From assembly GCF_030028105.1 (NCBI RefSeq), contig NC_092374.1, positions 26,483,016 to 26,547,015 of the forward strand: 64,000 nucleotides of DNA. The letters run 5' to 3'. Numbering within the stretch: position 1 is the stretch's first letter; each line of letters begins with the position of its first letter. The position numbers and the translations under genes were made by a program. The stretch is from Mobula birostris (taxonomy: Eukaryota). The notes under the pieces were generated by a model, which saw only the letters and a list, made by a program, of their open reading frames with translations, had not been told where the DNA came from and searched no databases. Below are positions 12,586-25,619 of this stretch, piece after piece.

Positions 12586-12802
12586 AATTACAATATAAAT
12601 TGTAATTGTACAAGAAGAAATGCTTCATATTCTGCCTTTAACATGCTGTGTGTGATATGAAGTATGAAGATAAAATTCAGTTCAAAAATGTACTTTTTGA
12701 AATCTAGACTACGCCTCTCCATTATACATGCATCAAACATTGCAGCTCAGCAAGTATACCCTGCATTTTCTCACGAGTGCAAATGAAGCACTTGTAGTCG
12801 TG

Positions 12803-15800
12803 TCTTTCTTTTTCAATATTTTTATTAATTTCTTACATAAAATAATACAGAGTACAGTAGGATATTTAATATATATCGATTACAATATATTGAAATCACA
12901 GAAGAAGTGTAATTACCCCAGATCCATAGAAATTTAAACATAATATTGAAAAGAGATCATTTTATTATACAAAAATATCTAAACCCACTACCAGAAGAAA
13001 AAGCTGTTTGGTTAAAAAAAAAGAAAAGGAAAAAATCCTTAACATATAGTAAAACATATTATTAGCCAACATCTGTGCTTAATAGCAAATCAAAGATTTT
13101 GAAAATAATTGAAAAAAGGTCCCCACAATGTTAAAAAATCTTGTCTAGGTTCAGAAATTGAACAGCGAATCTTCTCTAAATTTAATCAAGACATAGCATT
13201 ATGTAACCAATGAGTATGGCGGAGTGGCAACCTTCCACTTCAGTAACAATGCCCTCCTGGCTATAAGAGAATTAAAGGCCAAAATATGCAGATCATGTAT
13301 CTCCAAAGTAATATTATTTCCTCCAACAATACCAAATAAGGCAGTCAGAGGATTAGGTTTAAAATTTACTTTAAAAAACACCGAAAAAGTTTGAAATATT
13401 TCCTTCCAATATTTTTCAAGACTCGGACAAGTCCAAAACATATGGATTAGTGAAGCTTCTCCATTATTACATCTATCACAAAGGGGAGATATATCCGAAT
13501 AAAAACGAGACAGCTTATCTTTACACATATGGGCTGTATGAACCACTTTAAATAGTAGGAGGGAATGACAGGCACGTAACGATGAAGTATTAACCAATTA
13601 AAAAATTTCATTCCAAGTGTCCTCAGAATTTGAAATCTGTAAATATTGTTCCCAAAGAATTTTAATTTTATCTAAAGGAATATTTCTCATTCCCAACAAC
13701 ATACCATCAATATTAGATATAGATGCATTATGGAAGGGTTTCAAATTGAAAATAATATCAAGGAAATTTTTATCTGGACTATTAGGAAATGTATGTACTT
13801 GAGAATGCAAAAAGTCTCTAATTTGCAAATATCGAAAAAAGTGAGTTCTCAGTAGGCTATACTTAACTGACAGTTGTTCAAATGAAGAGCGACTATCTCA
13901 TGAAAACATTTAATACCCAATCTATTCCACTCTTTAAAAACTACATCAAACATAGAAAATTTAAAAAATAGAAGAAATGGGACTGGAAAGTGAAAAACTC
14001 AATAAACCAAAATATTTTCTAAATTGTACCCAAATCCTCAAAGTGTGTTTAACTACAAAATTATCAGTTAAATTACTTAAAGATAAAGGAATTGAGGATC
14101 TGAGAAGAGAAATGATAGAAAATTTATTAACAGAGTTAGTTTCTAAAGAAACCCAGACCAGACAGTCCTCTCGATTAATATAATATAGCCAAAACGTAAG
14201 ATTCCGTATATTGACTGCCCAGTAATAAAACCTAAAATTGGGTAAGGCTAAACCTCCACTCTTTTTAGCTTTTTGAAGATGAACTTTATTTAATCAAGAA
14301 ATTTTATTTTTCCATATATAAGAAGATATAATAGAATCCAAAGAATCAAAAAACTATTTAGGAATAAAAACAGGCATGGCCTGAAATAAGTATAAAAATT
14401 TAGGCAAAATATTCACTTTAATAGAATTGATTTGGCCAATCAACGATAAAGAGAGGGGTGACTAATTTGGTAGTGCCTTCCTAACATAATTCAGGTAAAG
14501 AAAATTTACTTTAAAAAGGAATTTATAATTCAAGTCAAGTCACTTTTTATTGTCATTTCGACCATAACTGCTAGTACAGTACACAGTAGAAACGAGACAA
14601 TGTTTTTCAGGACCATGGTGCTACATGAAACAATACAAAAACTACGCTGAACTACGTAAAAGCAACACAAAAACTACACTAGACTACAGACCTACCCAGG
14701 ACTGCATAAGGTGCAAAAAACAGTGCAAGCATTACAATAAATAATAAACAAGACAATAGGCACAGTAGAGGCAATAGGTTGGTGTCAGACCAGGCTCTGG
14801 AGTCTGATGGCTTGGGGGAAGAAACTGTAACATAGTCTGGTCGTGAGAGCCCAAATGCTTCGGTGCCTTTTGCCAGATGGCAGGAGGGAGAAGAGTTTGT
14901 ATGAGGGGTGCCTGGGGTCCTTCATAATGCTGTTTACTTTACGGATGCAGCATGTGGTGTAAATGTCTGTGATGGCAGGAAGAGAGACCCCGATGATCTT
15001 CTCAGCTGACCTCACTATCCACTGCAGGGTCTTGCGATCCGAGGTGCTGCAATTTCCGAACCAGGCAGTGATGCAGCTGCTCAGGATGCTCTCAATACAA
15101 CCTTTCTAGAATGTGGTGAGGAAGGGGAGTGGAAGATGGAGTTTTCTCAGCCTTCACAGAAAGTAGGGACACTGCTGGGCTTTCTTTGCTATGGAGCTGG
15201 TGTTGAGGGACCAGGTGAGATTCTTCGCCAGGTGAACACCAAGAAATTTGGTGCTCTTAATGATCTCTACGGAGGAGTTGTCGATGTTCAGCGGGGAGTG
15301 GTCACCTTACCCAATTCCTAGTAATTGTTACGCCCAAGTAAGTAAATTGATTTTAAAAGGAAGGTTGGTATTAACTAATACCAAATTATGCAAAGGAAAA
15401 AGTTCACTCTGATGCAAGTTAAGTTTATATCCTGAAAACTGACTAAAGCAGGAGAGTAAAGAAAGTAGAGAAGGTAAAGAAGACTCCATATTAGAAATGT
15501 AGAGCAAAAGGTCATCAGCATAAAGCGACACTTTGTGGGTAATACCCCTCCTTAAAATACCAGTGATATTAGGTTCCTGGAAAGCAATAGCTAAAGGTTC
15601 TAAGACCAAATCAAAAAGCAAAGGACTCAAAGGACAACCTTGTCTAGTTCCACGATGAAGTTTAAATGGTTTAGAGTACTGAGAGTTAGTAAGAACCTGA
15701 GCTAGGGAGATAAATAAAGTAATTTAATCCATTGAGTAAAATCGGGCCCAAAGTTAAATTTTTCTAAAGTTTTAAACAAATAATTCCATTCAACCCGATC

Positions 15801-16362
15801 AAAGGCTTTCTCAGCTTCTAAGGATATCATACATTCCGAAATCTCTTTAGAAGGAGAATAAATAACATTCAATAAACAACAAATATTAAAGTGGGAGTAT
15901 CGATTTTTGATAAATCCAGTCTGATCATCAGAGATAATAGATGGCAAAATATTTTCAATCCTACGAGCTTAAAGTTTAGATAAAATTTTAATATCAACAT
16001 TAAGTAAGGAAATAGGTCTATAAGAAGAGCATTCAATTGAGTCCTTATTCTTTTTAAGAATAAGCGAAATATAGGCTTCATCAAAAGATTGTGGCAACTT
16101 ACCTAATTTAAAAGAATCAGAAAGGACTAAATATAAATGAGGTATGAGCAAAGAGGAAAAAGCCTTATAAAACTCTCCAGAAAATCCATCAGGACCCGGA
16201 GCCTTCCCCGAGTGCAAAGAGTGAACAACCTCAGCAAATCCCTCATAAGAAATAGGTTGATCCAACAATTTTCAAATATCATCAGAAAGTGTAGGAACGA
16301 TTAATTGATCTAAAAAAGTATTCATTAGAGTATTATCTTTAGGAGGATCAGAACTAGTAGTC
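12803..16362 (-). mobile_element. L1-clade LINE, 5'-truncated ORF2, decayed, interrupted by Rex1/Babar
   Basis: GKAPGPDGFSGEFYK, YRPISLLNVD.KIL, DQTGFIK.R, AEKAFDRVEW, SPLLF, YADD, C-terminal CDRC...HMFWTC zinc knuckle, A-rich 3' end. Confidence 0.92.
14532..15312 (-). mobile_element. Rex1/Babar 3' fragment nested in L1
   Basis: RSAEKIIGVSLP..KDPRHPSYKLFSLLPSGKR..SFFPQAIR; (GACTT)n tail; AATTC on both flanks. Confidence 0.88.
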
Positions 16363-17599
16363 GTGCCTAACAGAGACTCACAGTTTGTTACTACATGACT
16401 GAAAAGGTGCTTGCCCTTCTGGTGGCCACAGACTGTCAGACCTGGGCTTTCACCAATGGAGACTTTGAGTTGGGGTTTAGTGAAGTAGGGGATAGTAATT
16501 ACTTTGAGCATGTGACAACTGGCTGATCTCTAGTCAATAGCCAATTGTTGCTCATAAAACAGTTGCACTTAAGAAGAGAGTTGAATTGTTTTACACATGG
16601 ATCATTGCTTCATATCTAATGCAATTTAACTGAAATCTTAAAATGGGAATGTTCCTTATTACAGCGCTATTTCTATTTTCACTCTACCCCTTCCATCTCC
16701 TCTTAGCACATAGAGTCTCTGCTAGGGCAGGATCTCCACGGAATCAAGTGACCTTGCTGACATAAATCAAACAGATTTTACTCACTCGAGAGTCGCTCTA
16801 GAGTGTGATGGTGGACTAGTTCTATGAGGGAGACATCACAGCCAAAAGTGGTACTCGCTTCACCACACCCGCTTTCAGTAACAACGTCCAGAGAGATGAT
16901 CGCGCCCTTACAGCTTATGGGCCTTGAAGTCACTGCATCAATGGTGGCTCTGACATTGCAGCCAAAGCAAATATCCACCTGTGTTCAGGAGCTATGGAGC
17001 TCTTTACTGGCGTTGAAAGGGAGACAATAGGTCAAGTGAAACATAGAGATCTTTCTTTTTCACTTTGTGCTTGTACCTCTTCCTTATTTCCACTAGCTTG
17101 GTGAGACTGTAGGCAAGGTTAATACAGCCCCTCACCTCTCTGCCATGTTATTTAAGTGCAGGCACTTCAAAATCAGGAATACTGAATTTTAGGAATCCAA
17201 AGATTGCTACATTGAAGAAGTCTGGACTAACATCTCTGTCAAGAACTCAAGGAATTAATTTTGACAGATTATATTGCCTGTTAGATGATTTGACATTTTC
17301 TTCAACAACATGATCCCCATCATCCTTCTCACATCTGCCACCCTATCCTGACCCACATGGATAAAAATGGAGGACTATGTGGGAGGGAAGGGTTGTATTG
17401 ATCTTCGAGTAGGATAAAAGGTCAGCACAGCATTGTGGGCTGAAGAACATGTACTAAGCTGTACTATTTTATGTTCTATGTAAAGCTGAGGGAAAGTTAA
17501 AACTGAAAATGTAATCTTTGTTCCTTTGTGTATTAAGGAGCAGAACCATTGTTCTGTCAATAGAACTCTTTATGTTTGAAATCTGGAGGAATCCAAGAG

Positions 17600-18140
17600 C
17601 ATCATGTGAAATACTTCAAATCACTTTTGGACAGGGAAGTTTATGAGGAGATTGGTGATCAAATAGGGATCAGAGAGGGAAGTGATAAATTGGATAACCA
17701 TAGACCAGTTAGTTTAAAATCAATAGTGGATGAACAAGAGGCCATTTCTGCTTCATGGTGGTAAGTCGTCCCCAGAAAAAACTAAGGAAGGTTTAATTTA
17801 AACATATAATCAGGATTGCAGTCATCCCTGCCTGTTTAAAATTCTGCAGCCAACAAGGACAATGAAGCAAAGCGTTTATTCATATCTACAGCAGATGGAG
17901 TTAATTGTGGGGAAGCATGAGGTCCTCTGTGTCTGTCCTAAGGAAAGGAGAGTCAAGAATATTCTATGGCGAAAAATAAAGAGCTATTGCAGAGCAGAGA
18001 GATTAGGGAGTCAAGTATGTAAGATTATTAAAAGAAACTTTAGGAAAGCAAGATTAAAAATTCAGTAGACAGCAGAATAATTAGCCTTCATCTCAATGGA
18101 TCTAGAATATCAAAGGATTGGAGTTACTCCACAACTTTTT
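17600..18140 (+). mobile_element. Very old CR1 remnant
   Basis: NHRPVSLKSIV resembles NYRPVSLTSVV; scattered CR1-like stretches. Confidence 0.45.
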
Positions 18141-18149
18141 AAATAGCAG

Positions 18150-18500
18150 CATTGTGGTTAACTTCCTAGACCAGCATCTAGAGACCCGGATTATTGATTT
18201 GTGGGCATAACCTTAAGTCCAACTGTGGCAGTTGGTGAATTTTAATGAAAATAATTGTGGAATTAAATAGCTACTATCTATAATAATAACCACGGAATGA
18301 TCAAATAGTTTGTAAAAACTCATCTTGCACCCTGATTTTCCTCAAAGGAAGAAATTTGCCATCAGTCTGGCCTATACATGATTCTTGAGAGCCTTGAGGA
18401 AAGCTGCTTAGACAGGGCAACAGTTAAGGATGGATATTAAATGCAATCTGCCCTTGGCTTTACATCCATATTCCATGAATGGCCAAATTTAATAAAAAGA
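18150..18500 (+). mobile_element. Ancient SINE-like repeat
   Basis: Shares gtaaaaactcatct...aggaagaaatttgccatc with inverted copies near 22080-22270, 31140-31200 and 43300-43445. Confidence 0.45.
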
Positions 18501-19096
18501 AAGTTAACTAGACTTTTATTTGAGCACTTCAGAAATGCTTGGCAGTCTCAGAGCAGATTGACCAGATAATACTTTGGTATTGGTTTATTATTGTCACGTG
18601 TATTGATGTACAATGAAAAAGCTTTTGTTTATGTGGCATCCAGACAGATCATGCTATACATATTTACTACAAGATGGTAAATAGAAAGCAGAACACAAAA
18701 TCTAGTATAGCAACTGCCAAGAAAGTGCAATGCAGCTATTTTAGAGAACATTGTTAGGGATTCTGATAGTCTTAGATTTGAGATTTAAGAGAGTAGAATG
18801 ATTACAATAAATATAATGAGAGGTTCTGTGAGGGACAGCTTAAAAAGAGTTGTCACATTCCGGTGCCATCTTGTTTGAGCAACAAGAGATTTTCTCTTCC
18901 TGTTCACTAAAATCTTGCCACCCATTCTCCCTTACACAACCATCAACTCCCCTCTTTTGATTATTTTGCCACTAGCTTACATCAGTGACCAATTAATATC
19001 TTTGGCATGTGAGAGGAAGCTGGAGCACCCTGGGAAACACATACAGTCACAAGAGAATGTGCGATCTCTACTCATTCAACAACAGAGGTCAGGATG

Positions 19097-19334
19097 ACAC
19101 ATACAGAATGCTGGAGGAACTCAGCACATCAGGGTTCATCTATGGAAAGGAATAAGGAGTCGACGTTTCAGGACTTTTCATTAGAACTTGTCAGGACAGT
19201 CCTGATGAAGGATCTTAGTCCAAAATGTGGACTCTTTATTCCTCTCGATAGATGCTGTCTGACCCACTGAGTTCCTCAAGCACTTTGTGTGTGTACTCTG
19301 GATTTTCAGCATCTGCAGAATCTCTTGTGTTTAT
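19097..19334. mobile_element. Penelope-derived fold-back element with two inverted decayed hammerhead cores
   Basis: Arms 19097-19170 and 19222-19292 are reverse complements; CTGATGA core at 19202. Confidence 0.75.
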
Positions 19335-19839
19335 AATAGAGGGCAAGAGGAATTTGGATCTCCTGTACGGTAGAGCAGCTGCTTTAACTGATACACCACC
19401 ATATATATTACTAACGAGCTGGCATATAAAAAGAGGTCATTACTAATTGTTTTAATAGTGTCCCACATATGGACATACAGTGAGGATAAGAGTTAATGAT
19501 TCATTTAGGTCATTCCAGCCCTTGAAATAGTACAAAGAGTAAAACAATAATGAAATACAGAATGCAGTGCTAGAGTGGCAGAGAAAGGTTAGACAATAAG
19601 GTGCAAGTGCCATGGAAAATGGATTGAGAGATCAAGAATGCATTTTTAACGCACAAAAGATGCGTTCAAGAATGTTCATTTGAAATATATTCTTGGCCAA
19701 CTGAACAAACACTCAATTGTTGTGCTTAGAATATCTTCAAGGAGAAAGTTGATGCCCAAGAGAAATTGTAAGATAATGATTTGGCCAAGAAATGAACAAA
19801 GATGGGTAACATCCAGAGGCCATGGTTATTGATCTGGAG

Positions 19840-19921
19840 CAGAGGATCCCAGCATGGGATCTATGGACTCTTCACGGTTAATGGTAGGGGTCCGTGGCAT
19901 AAAAGAGGTTGGGAAATCCTG
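19840..19921. mobile_element. hAT mini-MITE (diverged)
   Basis: Homologous to 40245-40323; ends ggttgggaaatcctg. Confidence 0.6.
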
Positions 19922-20656
19922 ACCGAGAGACTGGAATTCAAAATCCACTGTGATTCAGCCTTGGATTCATTTATTGACTCAGCTTCTGTAGCTCACTGGA
20001 GTAGTGACTCCAGTGGTGCAGAACACTGTGAAAGGAAGCTCCTCGACCTCTCCGACTTATATAGGCAACCCTTATTTTGAATTCTCTACAAAGGGAAACA
20101 TTTCAGCACCAATCCACTCAGAACCTGAAATATGTTGATATAGTCGTGATCTTGTGACATTTTCCTGCGGTCCATTACCATCTTCATTGTTTATATTTCT
20201 GAGATTCTTGTCATTTGAAACTTTGAAGTGATGAAATATTTTCCCAAGTTATTACTATAAATTATGAAAGCATTGATCCAAATACTTATTTCACAAAGGC
20301 ACTTGAGTACATTACAATGTGGAAAAATAACTATTCAAATGCTAGTTTAGTTTCTAGGCTTCCATTGTAATTTTAATCCCATGAGTTTCAAGTGTATTAA
20401 TAGGTCTATCACATGGAGCTTTTTAAGATACATTTTAAAAGTCCATATACACAGTAGTAGTGGGGGATTTAGGGCATGTGTGAAATGCAAATGAATTCAT
20501 TTTACAGTCATTTTCAAGGTTCAATTTTCATTAGTATATAATCTATAAATATTGATTATATTTTTCAAAGAAAGAACAAATTTACTCTTCATAACTTGTC
20601 TGGTAAAGTCTATATGAATATTGCAGCTCAAATCTAAAAAAATAGATTAACTATGA

Positions 20657-21461
20657 AAACAACAGGAATTCTGCAGATGCTGGAAATTCAAGCAACACAC
20701 ATCAAAGTTGCTGGTGAACGCAGCAGGCCAAGCAGCATCTGTAGGAAGAGGTGCAGTCGACGTTTCAGGCCGAGACCCTTCATCAGGACTAACTGAAGGA
20801 AGAGTGAGTAAGGAATTTAAAAGTTGGAGGGGGAGGGGGAGATCCAAAATGATAGGAGAAGACAGGAGGGGGAGGGATAGAGCCAAGAGCTGGACAGGTG
20901 ATAGGCAAAAGGGGATACGAGAGGATCATGGGGCAGGACGTCCGGGAAGAAAGACGGGGGGGGGGGGGACCCAGAGGATGGGCAAGAGGTATATTCAGAG
21001 GAACAGAGGGAGAAAAAGGAGAGTGAGAGAAAGAATGTGTGCATAAAAATAAGTAACAGATGGGGTACGAGGGGGAGGTGGGGCCTTAGCAGAAGTTAGA
21101 GAAGTTGATGCCCAGACGGAATATAAGGTGTTGTTCCTCCAACCTGAGTGTGGCTTCATCTTTACAGTAGAGGAGGCTGTGGATAGACATGTCAGAATGG
21201 GAATGGGATGTGGAATTAAAATGTGTGGCCACTGGGAGATCCTGCTTTCTCTGGCGGACAGAGCGTAGATGTTCAGCAAAGCGGTCTCCCAGTCTGCGTC
21301 GGGTCTCGCCAATATATAAAAGGCCACATCGGGAGCACCGGACGCAGTATATCACCCCAGCTGACTCACAGGTGAAGTGTTGCCTCACCTGGAAGGACTG
21401 TTTGGGGCCCTGAATGGTGGTAAGGGAGGAAGTGTAAGGGCATGTGTAGTACTTGTTCCGC
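20657..21461 (-). mobile_element. Penelope-like element 3' part: GIY-YIG endonuclease remnant and terminal repeat region
   Basis: ORF 21086-21388 FTCESAGVIYCVRCSRCGLLYIGETRRRLGDRFAEH..PVATHFN is a GIY-YIG with CxxC linker; flanked by a GATTAACTATGAA duplication. Confidence 0.9.
20754..20791 (-). ncRNA. Minimal type I hammerhead ribozyme motif
   Basis: Minus strand UAGUC CUGAUGA AGG-gucucgg-CCU GAAA CG UC^ GACUG. Complete core; stem I UAGUC/GACUG; stem II AGG/CCU; palindromic ACGU in place of stem III. Confidence 0.8.
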
Positions 21462-22829
21462 TTAACTATGATTAACTATGAACTAGTGCAATAAATCATA
21501 AACCTATACATAGGCTATCAGTTCTTCCAAATGTAGGTCAAGTGTGATAAATTAATTGAAGACCTACTCGATTAAAACTAATTTTTCAATGGTACTGCAT
21601 TGAAAGAGACCATAATATCTTAATTTTATCTATTCTTTGAGTTTTTTAGTGTTATTTCAGTTCCATTTCAAACCACAATCAATATTTTCACCTACCCATT
21701 TACCACTTTGGTCTCTGCTAGCTTTTTCTTCCCTCACCATAAAAACATAAGATATAGGAGCAGAATTTAGCCAATCAGCCCATTGAGTGTGCTCCACCAT
21801 TCCATCATGGCTGATTTGTTATCCTTCTGAACCTCATTCTCCTGCCTTCTCCCTGTAATCTTTGACACCCTTCCTAATCAAGAACCTCACATTGGCTAGC
21901 TATGCTCCAGCTTGTAATTCTTTCTCTATCTTGGCCTTTTAATGTTTGTCTTGCGCATTTGTTGATAGGACATGAATAACACTGGCATGTATTGTCCATA
22001 CATTTTTGCTTTCTGAGCAGACTACCTTGCCAGTTCTTGTCAGACATTAGTTAGGAATCAACTAAACTGGTACATCTGTTGCACACAAGACAAACCGAAC
22101 AAGGATGAAAAATCCCTTCTCCTGAAGGACATTAGTGAGCCAGATGGATTTTTACAACACTCCAATTCATCCATGATTATCTTTCATCATTCAGGCGTCT
22201 TGCTTCCCCAGGTGGAATTGAAATCATATTTCTTGATCAGTTGAGAGACCTGGATACTTCTCTTGTAATTTAATCACTGTGCTACTTGGCCTCCATTCCC
22301 ACTCTTCAGCATTTTGGGTTTCTCTCTGCTGTTTCTGTTCAGACCCTCCTTCAATAGAAACATTCAGTCAACTTTCATTTGGTAATTTATCTCATGAACT
22401 AGTAAGCTCATGTTAACATGTGGGAAATGTAAGGGGTTGGGGGTCACAGGAGTGGAGTGGAAAATCTGCAGTAACAGGCAGAAATTAGTCAGTGAGGAAC
22501 CAGTGCGGGTGTGTGTCAAGCCAAAAGTTGTTTCTTTTCATTAAGCTGCTTTATTGGTTTCCTGGAATGGAAGTAGAGATACTAAGCATGGTGCACACTG
22601 TGACTGTTAAAGTGCTGGTTGAGATAGACTTGATCAGGATGCTACAGACCTGAAATAAAGCAAAAATACTGGAAGTACTCAGAAGGTCGGGGCAGCACCT
22701 GTGCAGAAAGATAAAGTTAATGTTTTAAGTTTTGTAAATGATGATGAAAGGTCATCAAATTTGAATAGTAAAATGCTACCTAACATGCTGTGAGTGTACA
22801 GTGTTTTCTGCTTTCATTACACAGAGTAA

Positions 22830-24540
22830 TGGGGTAACACAACACAAAAATGGCCTCTTTAGCTCAATTTATCTATGCTGACCAAGATGCTCACCTAAGC
22901 TAATCCCATTTGCCATTTGGTCTCTACCCCTCTAAGCGCCACCTTATCCATGTACCCATCCAAATCTTTTTAAGTGTCATTATTGTAGCTGCCTCAACCA
23001 CTTTCTCTGGCAGCTCATTCCATGAATGTGCCATGGCCTGTATGTAGAAGTTGCCCCTCAGAAAACTTCTTAATCTTTCCCTCCTCAGCTTAAGTCTAAG
23101 CTGTCTAGATTTTGATTCCCATTGCTTAGGGAAAATACTGTGCATTCGCTTTATCTATGCCTCTCACAGTTTCATACATCTCTATAATGTCACCTCTCAG
23201 TCTCCTGCACTCCAAAGGATAAAGTTCTAGTTTGCCCTAACTTCTTCCTTTAACTGAGGCCCTTGAGTACTGGTAACATTCTTGTGAATCCTCTTTGCAC
23301 TCTATCCAACTTGATGATGACTTTCCTATTGTAGGGTGACCAAAACTGTGCACAATCCTCCAAGTGTGACCTCGCTAACATGTGGTACAAGTGCAACATA
23401 ACATCTCAACCTTTATACTCAATGTCCTGACTGAAGGTCTGCATGCCACACACCTGAAATGCCTTTGTAACCATGCTGTCCAAACTTACTGATAATGCTT
23501 TGTACATTTCAATCTAAATCATTTATATCAATAATGAATAAAGGTCCCAACACCAATTTCTGAGGAACACCACTAGTCATAGGCCTCAAGTCTGAGAAAC
23601 AATCTCCCACCATCACCCTCTGCTTCTTTCCAGTTATGAATCCAGTTAGGGAGCTCTCTCCAGATCTTTTGTGATCTAACCTTCCAGACTAGGCTACCTT
23701 ATGGGATCTTGTCAAAGACATTGTTAAAGTCCATATAGACAGTGCCCACTGCCCTACTTCAACAACTTCTTAGTTACCTCTTCAAAAACAATAGAATTGT
23801 TAGACAGTGTTTCCCATACACAAAGCATGCACACTGACCGTAATCAGACTCTGTTCATCCAAATGCTGGTGGATCCTGTCGCTCAGAATCCCTTCTAGTA
23901 ACTTACCCAGCACTGACATCAGACTAATCAGCCTATAGTTCACAGATGGGTTTTTGTTGCCTTTTCTAACTAAATGTATAACAGTTTTCCAGAGCTTCAT
24001 TTGGGGCAAAAGCTGAAGCAAGTATCTCTGCAAAAGCATCCACAATTTCTGCCCTACCTTCCCACCAGATCCAGTGATGCATTTGGTCAGGCTCAAGGGA
24101 TTTATTTACCTCAATATGCCACCAGTACCTCCTCCCTGGTTGTTTTTTGGGGTTCAAGACAGCACTACTTATCTACTCAGTTCTTTAGCATCCATGATCT
24201 TCTCCACAGTGACAACTGATGAGAAATACTCAAATCTCACCTATCTCATGTGACACCATAAATATATAGCTATGCTGATCTTAAAGCGGACAGATTCTCT
24301 CCCTGGCCACCACTTTACTCTTCATATGCCTGTTAAATCTCCTGAGGATTTCCTTAACATTGCCTGCCAGATGTATCTTATGCCCTCGTTTTGTCCTCCT
24401 GATTTCCCTCTTAAGGCTACTCCTACACTTCTTTGCATCTTGGGGAATTTGCTTATTCCCACTTGCTGAAACTCAGTGTATGCCTCCTTCCTTTTCCTGG
24501 CCAGTTTCAAAATCTCTTGTCAACCAGGGTTCCCTTATGC
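22830..24540 (-). mobile_element. CR1 LINE, old, 5'-truncated
   Basis: NYRLISLMSVLGKLLEGIL, SWNELPEKVVEA and CR1 3' UTR. Confidence 0.85.
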
Positions 24541-25619
24541 ATAACGTGATTAACGATGATACTCACTTTCCTTATCTTAAATTGTTTTGTTCGTCCTTTG
24601 CAGCAAAAGAAAAACCCTGAAGGATAATGAACTAGGTACTCATGCTTATGTGGTTGCTTGAAAAGGGGGAATTGGAGGTCTAGTAAAGGAGCTTAGATAC
24701 TGGCATAGACCTATTGAGTTGTAAGGCCTTTGTTTATTAAATACTAATGATAAGTATAGATAAACAAATTTATGCTTTGCATTCACATTGTATTGAATTA
24801 CACAGTTCTTCTAAAGAGCCAACAATGGACAACATACACTCCTGCTGTGCTATAATCTTCTGATTTCACAACATATCAGCCAACCAATAATTTCCAAAAT
24901 TCATCATGTGTGATACCTTTTGACATCATGAAAAGTTTCTCATTCTCTTAGTCCCTAATTGAATTTTGTAAAGATTTCCAACATGTGATTTCCACTTTAC
25001 AGCAATGATGAGGAATAAATATCTACTTTTTCATTGAATTATGAGACGCAGGCACTGACAGGCATTTATTGCCCATCCTTAATGATGCATGTATACAGCT
25101 GATAATCAGTGGACGATTATTCTTCTACACCAGCAGTGACTACACTTCAAAAATATTTTATTAGCTGTAAAGTGCTTTAGAAGCAGCTTGAGATCACGAA
25201 ATGCACTTGTTCCTCAAAAAGATTTAATTTCTGACAGATTAATAGCGCTCCCTAACAACTTACATTAAAATGAGAGAATGGAAATTGCAATAATTTTTAA
25301 AAATCTTCCAACAAACATTTCGGTGTAAGTCATTAATTTGTCACTGACGGTATCGGTACAAAACTTCATGAAGCTCTTTAGTAACACTGGCATTAACTGG
25401 GTTCCTGAGAATTGCTTCCATTTCTGCTCACCACTGTTCTGCATGTCCCCATCTCTCTTCGGTTCTCCAGCTGGTAACTGATGTAGTCATCTGCTTGTGT
25501 TTCATGAAATTTCTCTGTCCACTATTTGATTGATTCACTATCAGGGATTCACAATTTACACATTAAACCTGTAACAGCAGCATAAATTACTCACTAATTT
25601 GATGTCACTGGCAGATGTG

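Noticed and set aside
16778-17030. Overlapping ORFs as the missing upstream teneurin exon
   Set aside because: No QDSWVL/PLE(S/T)R motif here or anywhere I could see; that exon is probably upstream of the window.
19198-19233. Active sense-strand hammerhead that could cut teneurin pre-mRNA
   Set aside because: GAAA is mutated to AAAA and the cleavage triplet to GUG; likely inactive.
21086-21388. GIY-YIG ORF as a stand-alone nuclease gene
   Set aside because: It is the truncated C-terminal domain of a Penelope-like element, with no RT or upstream sequence.
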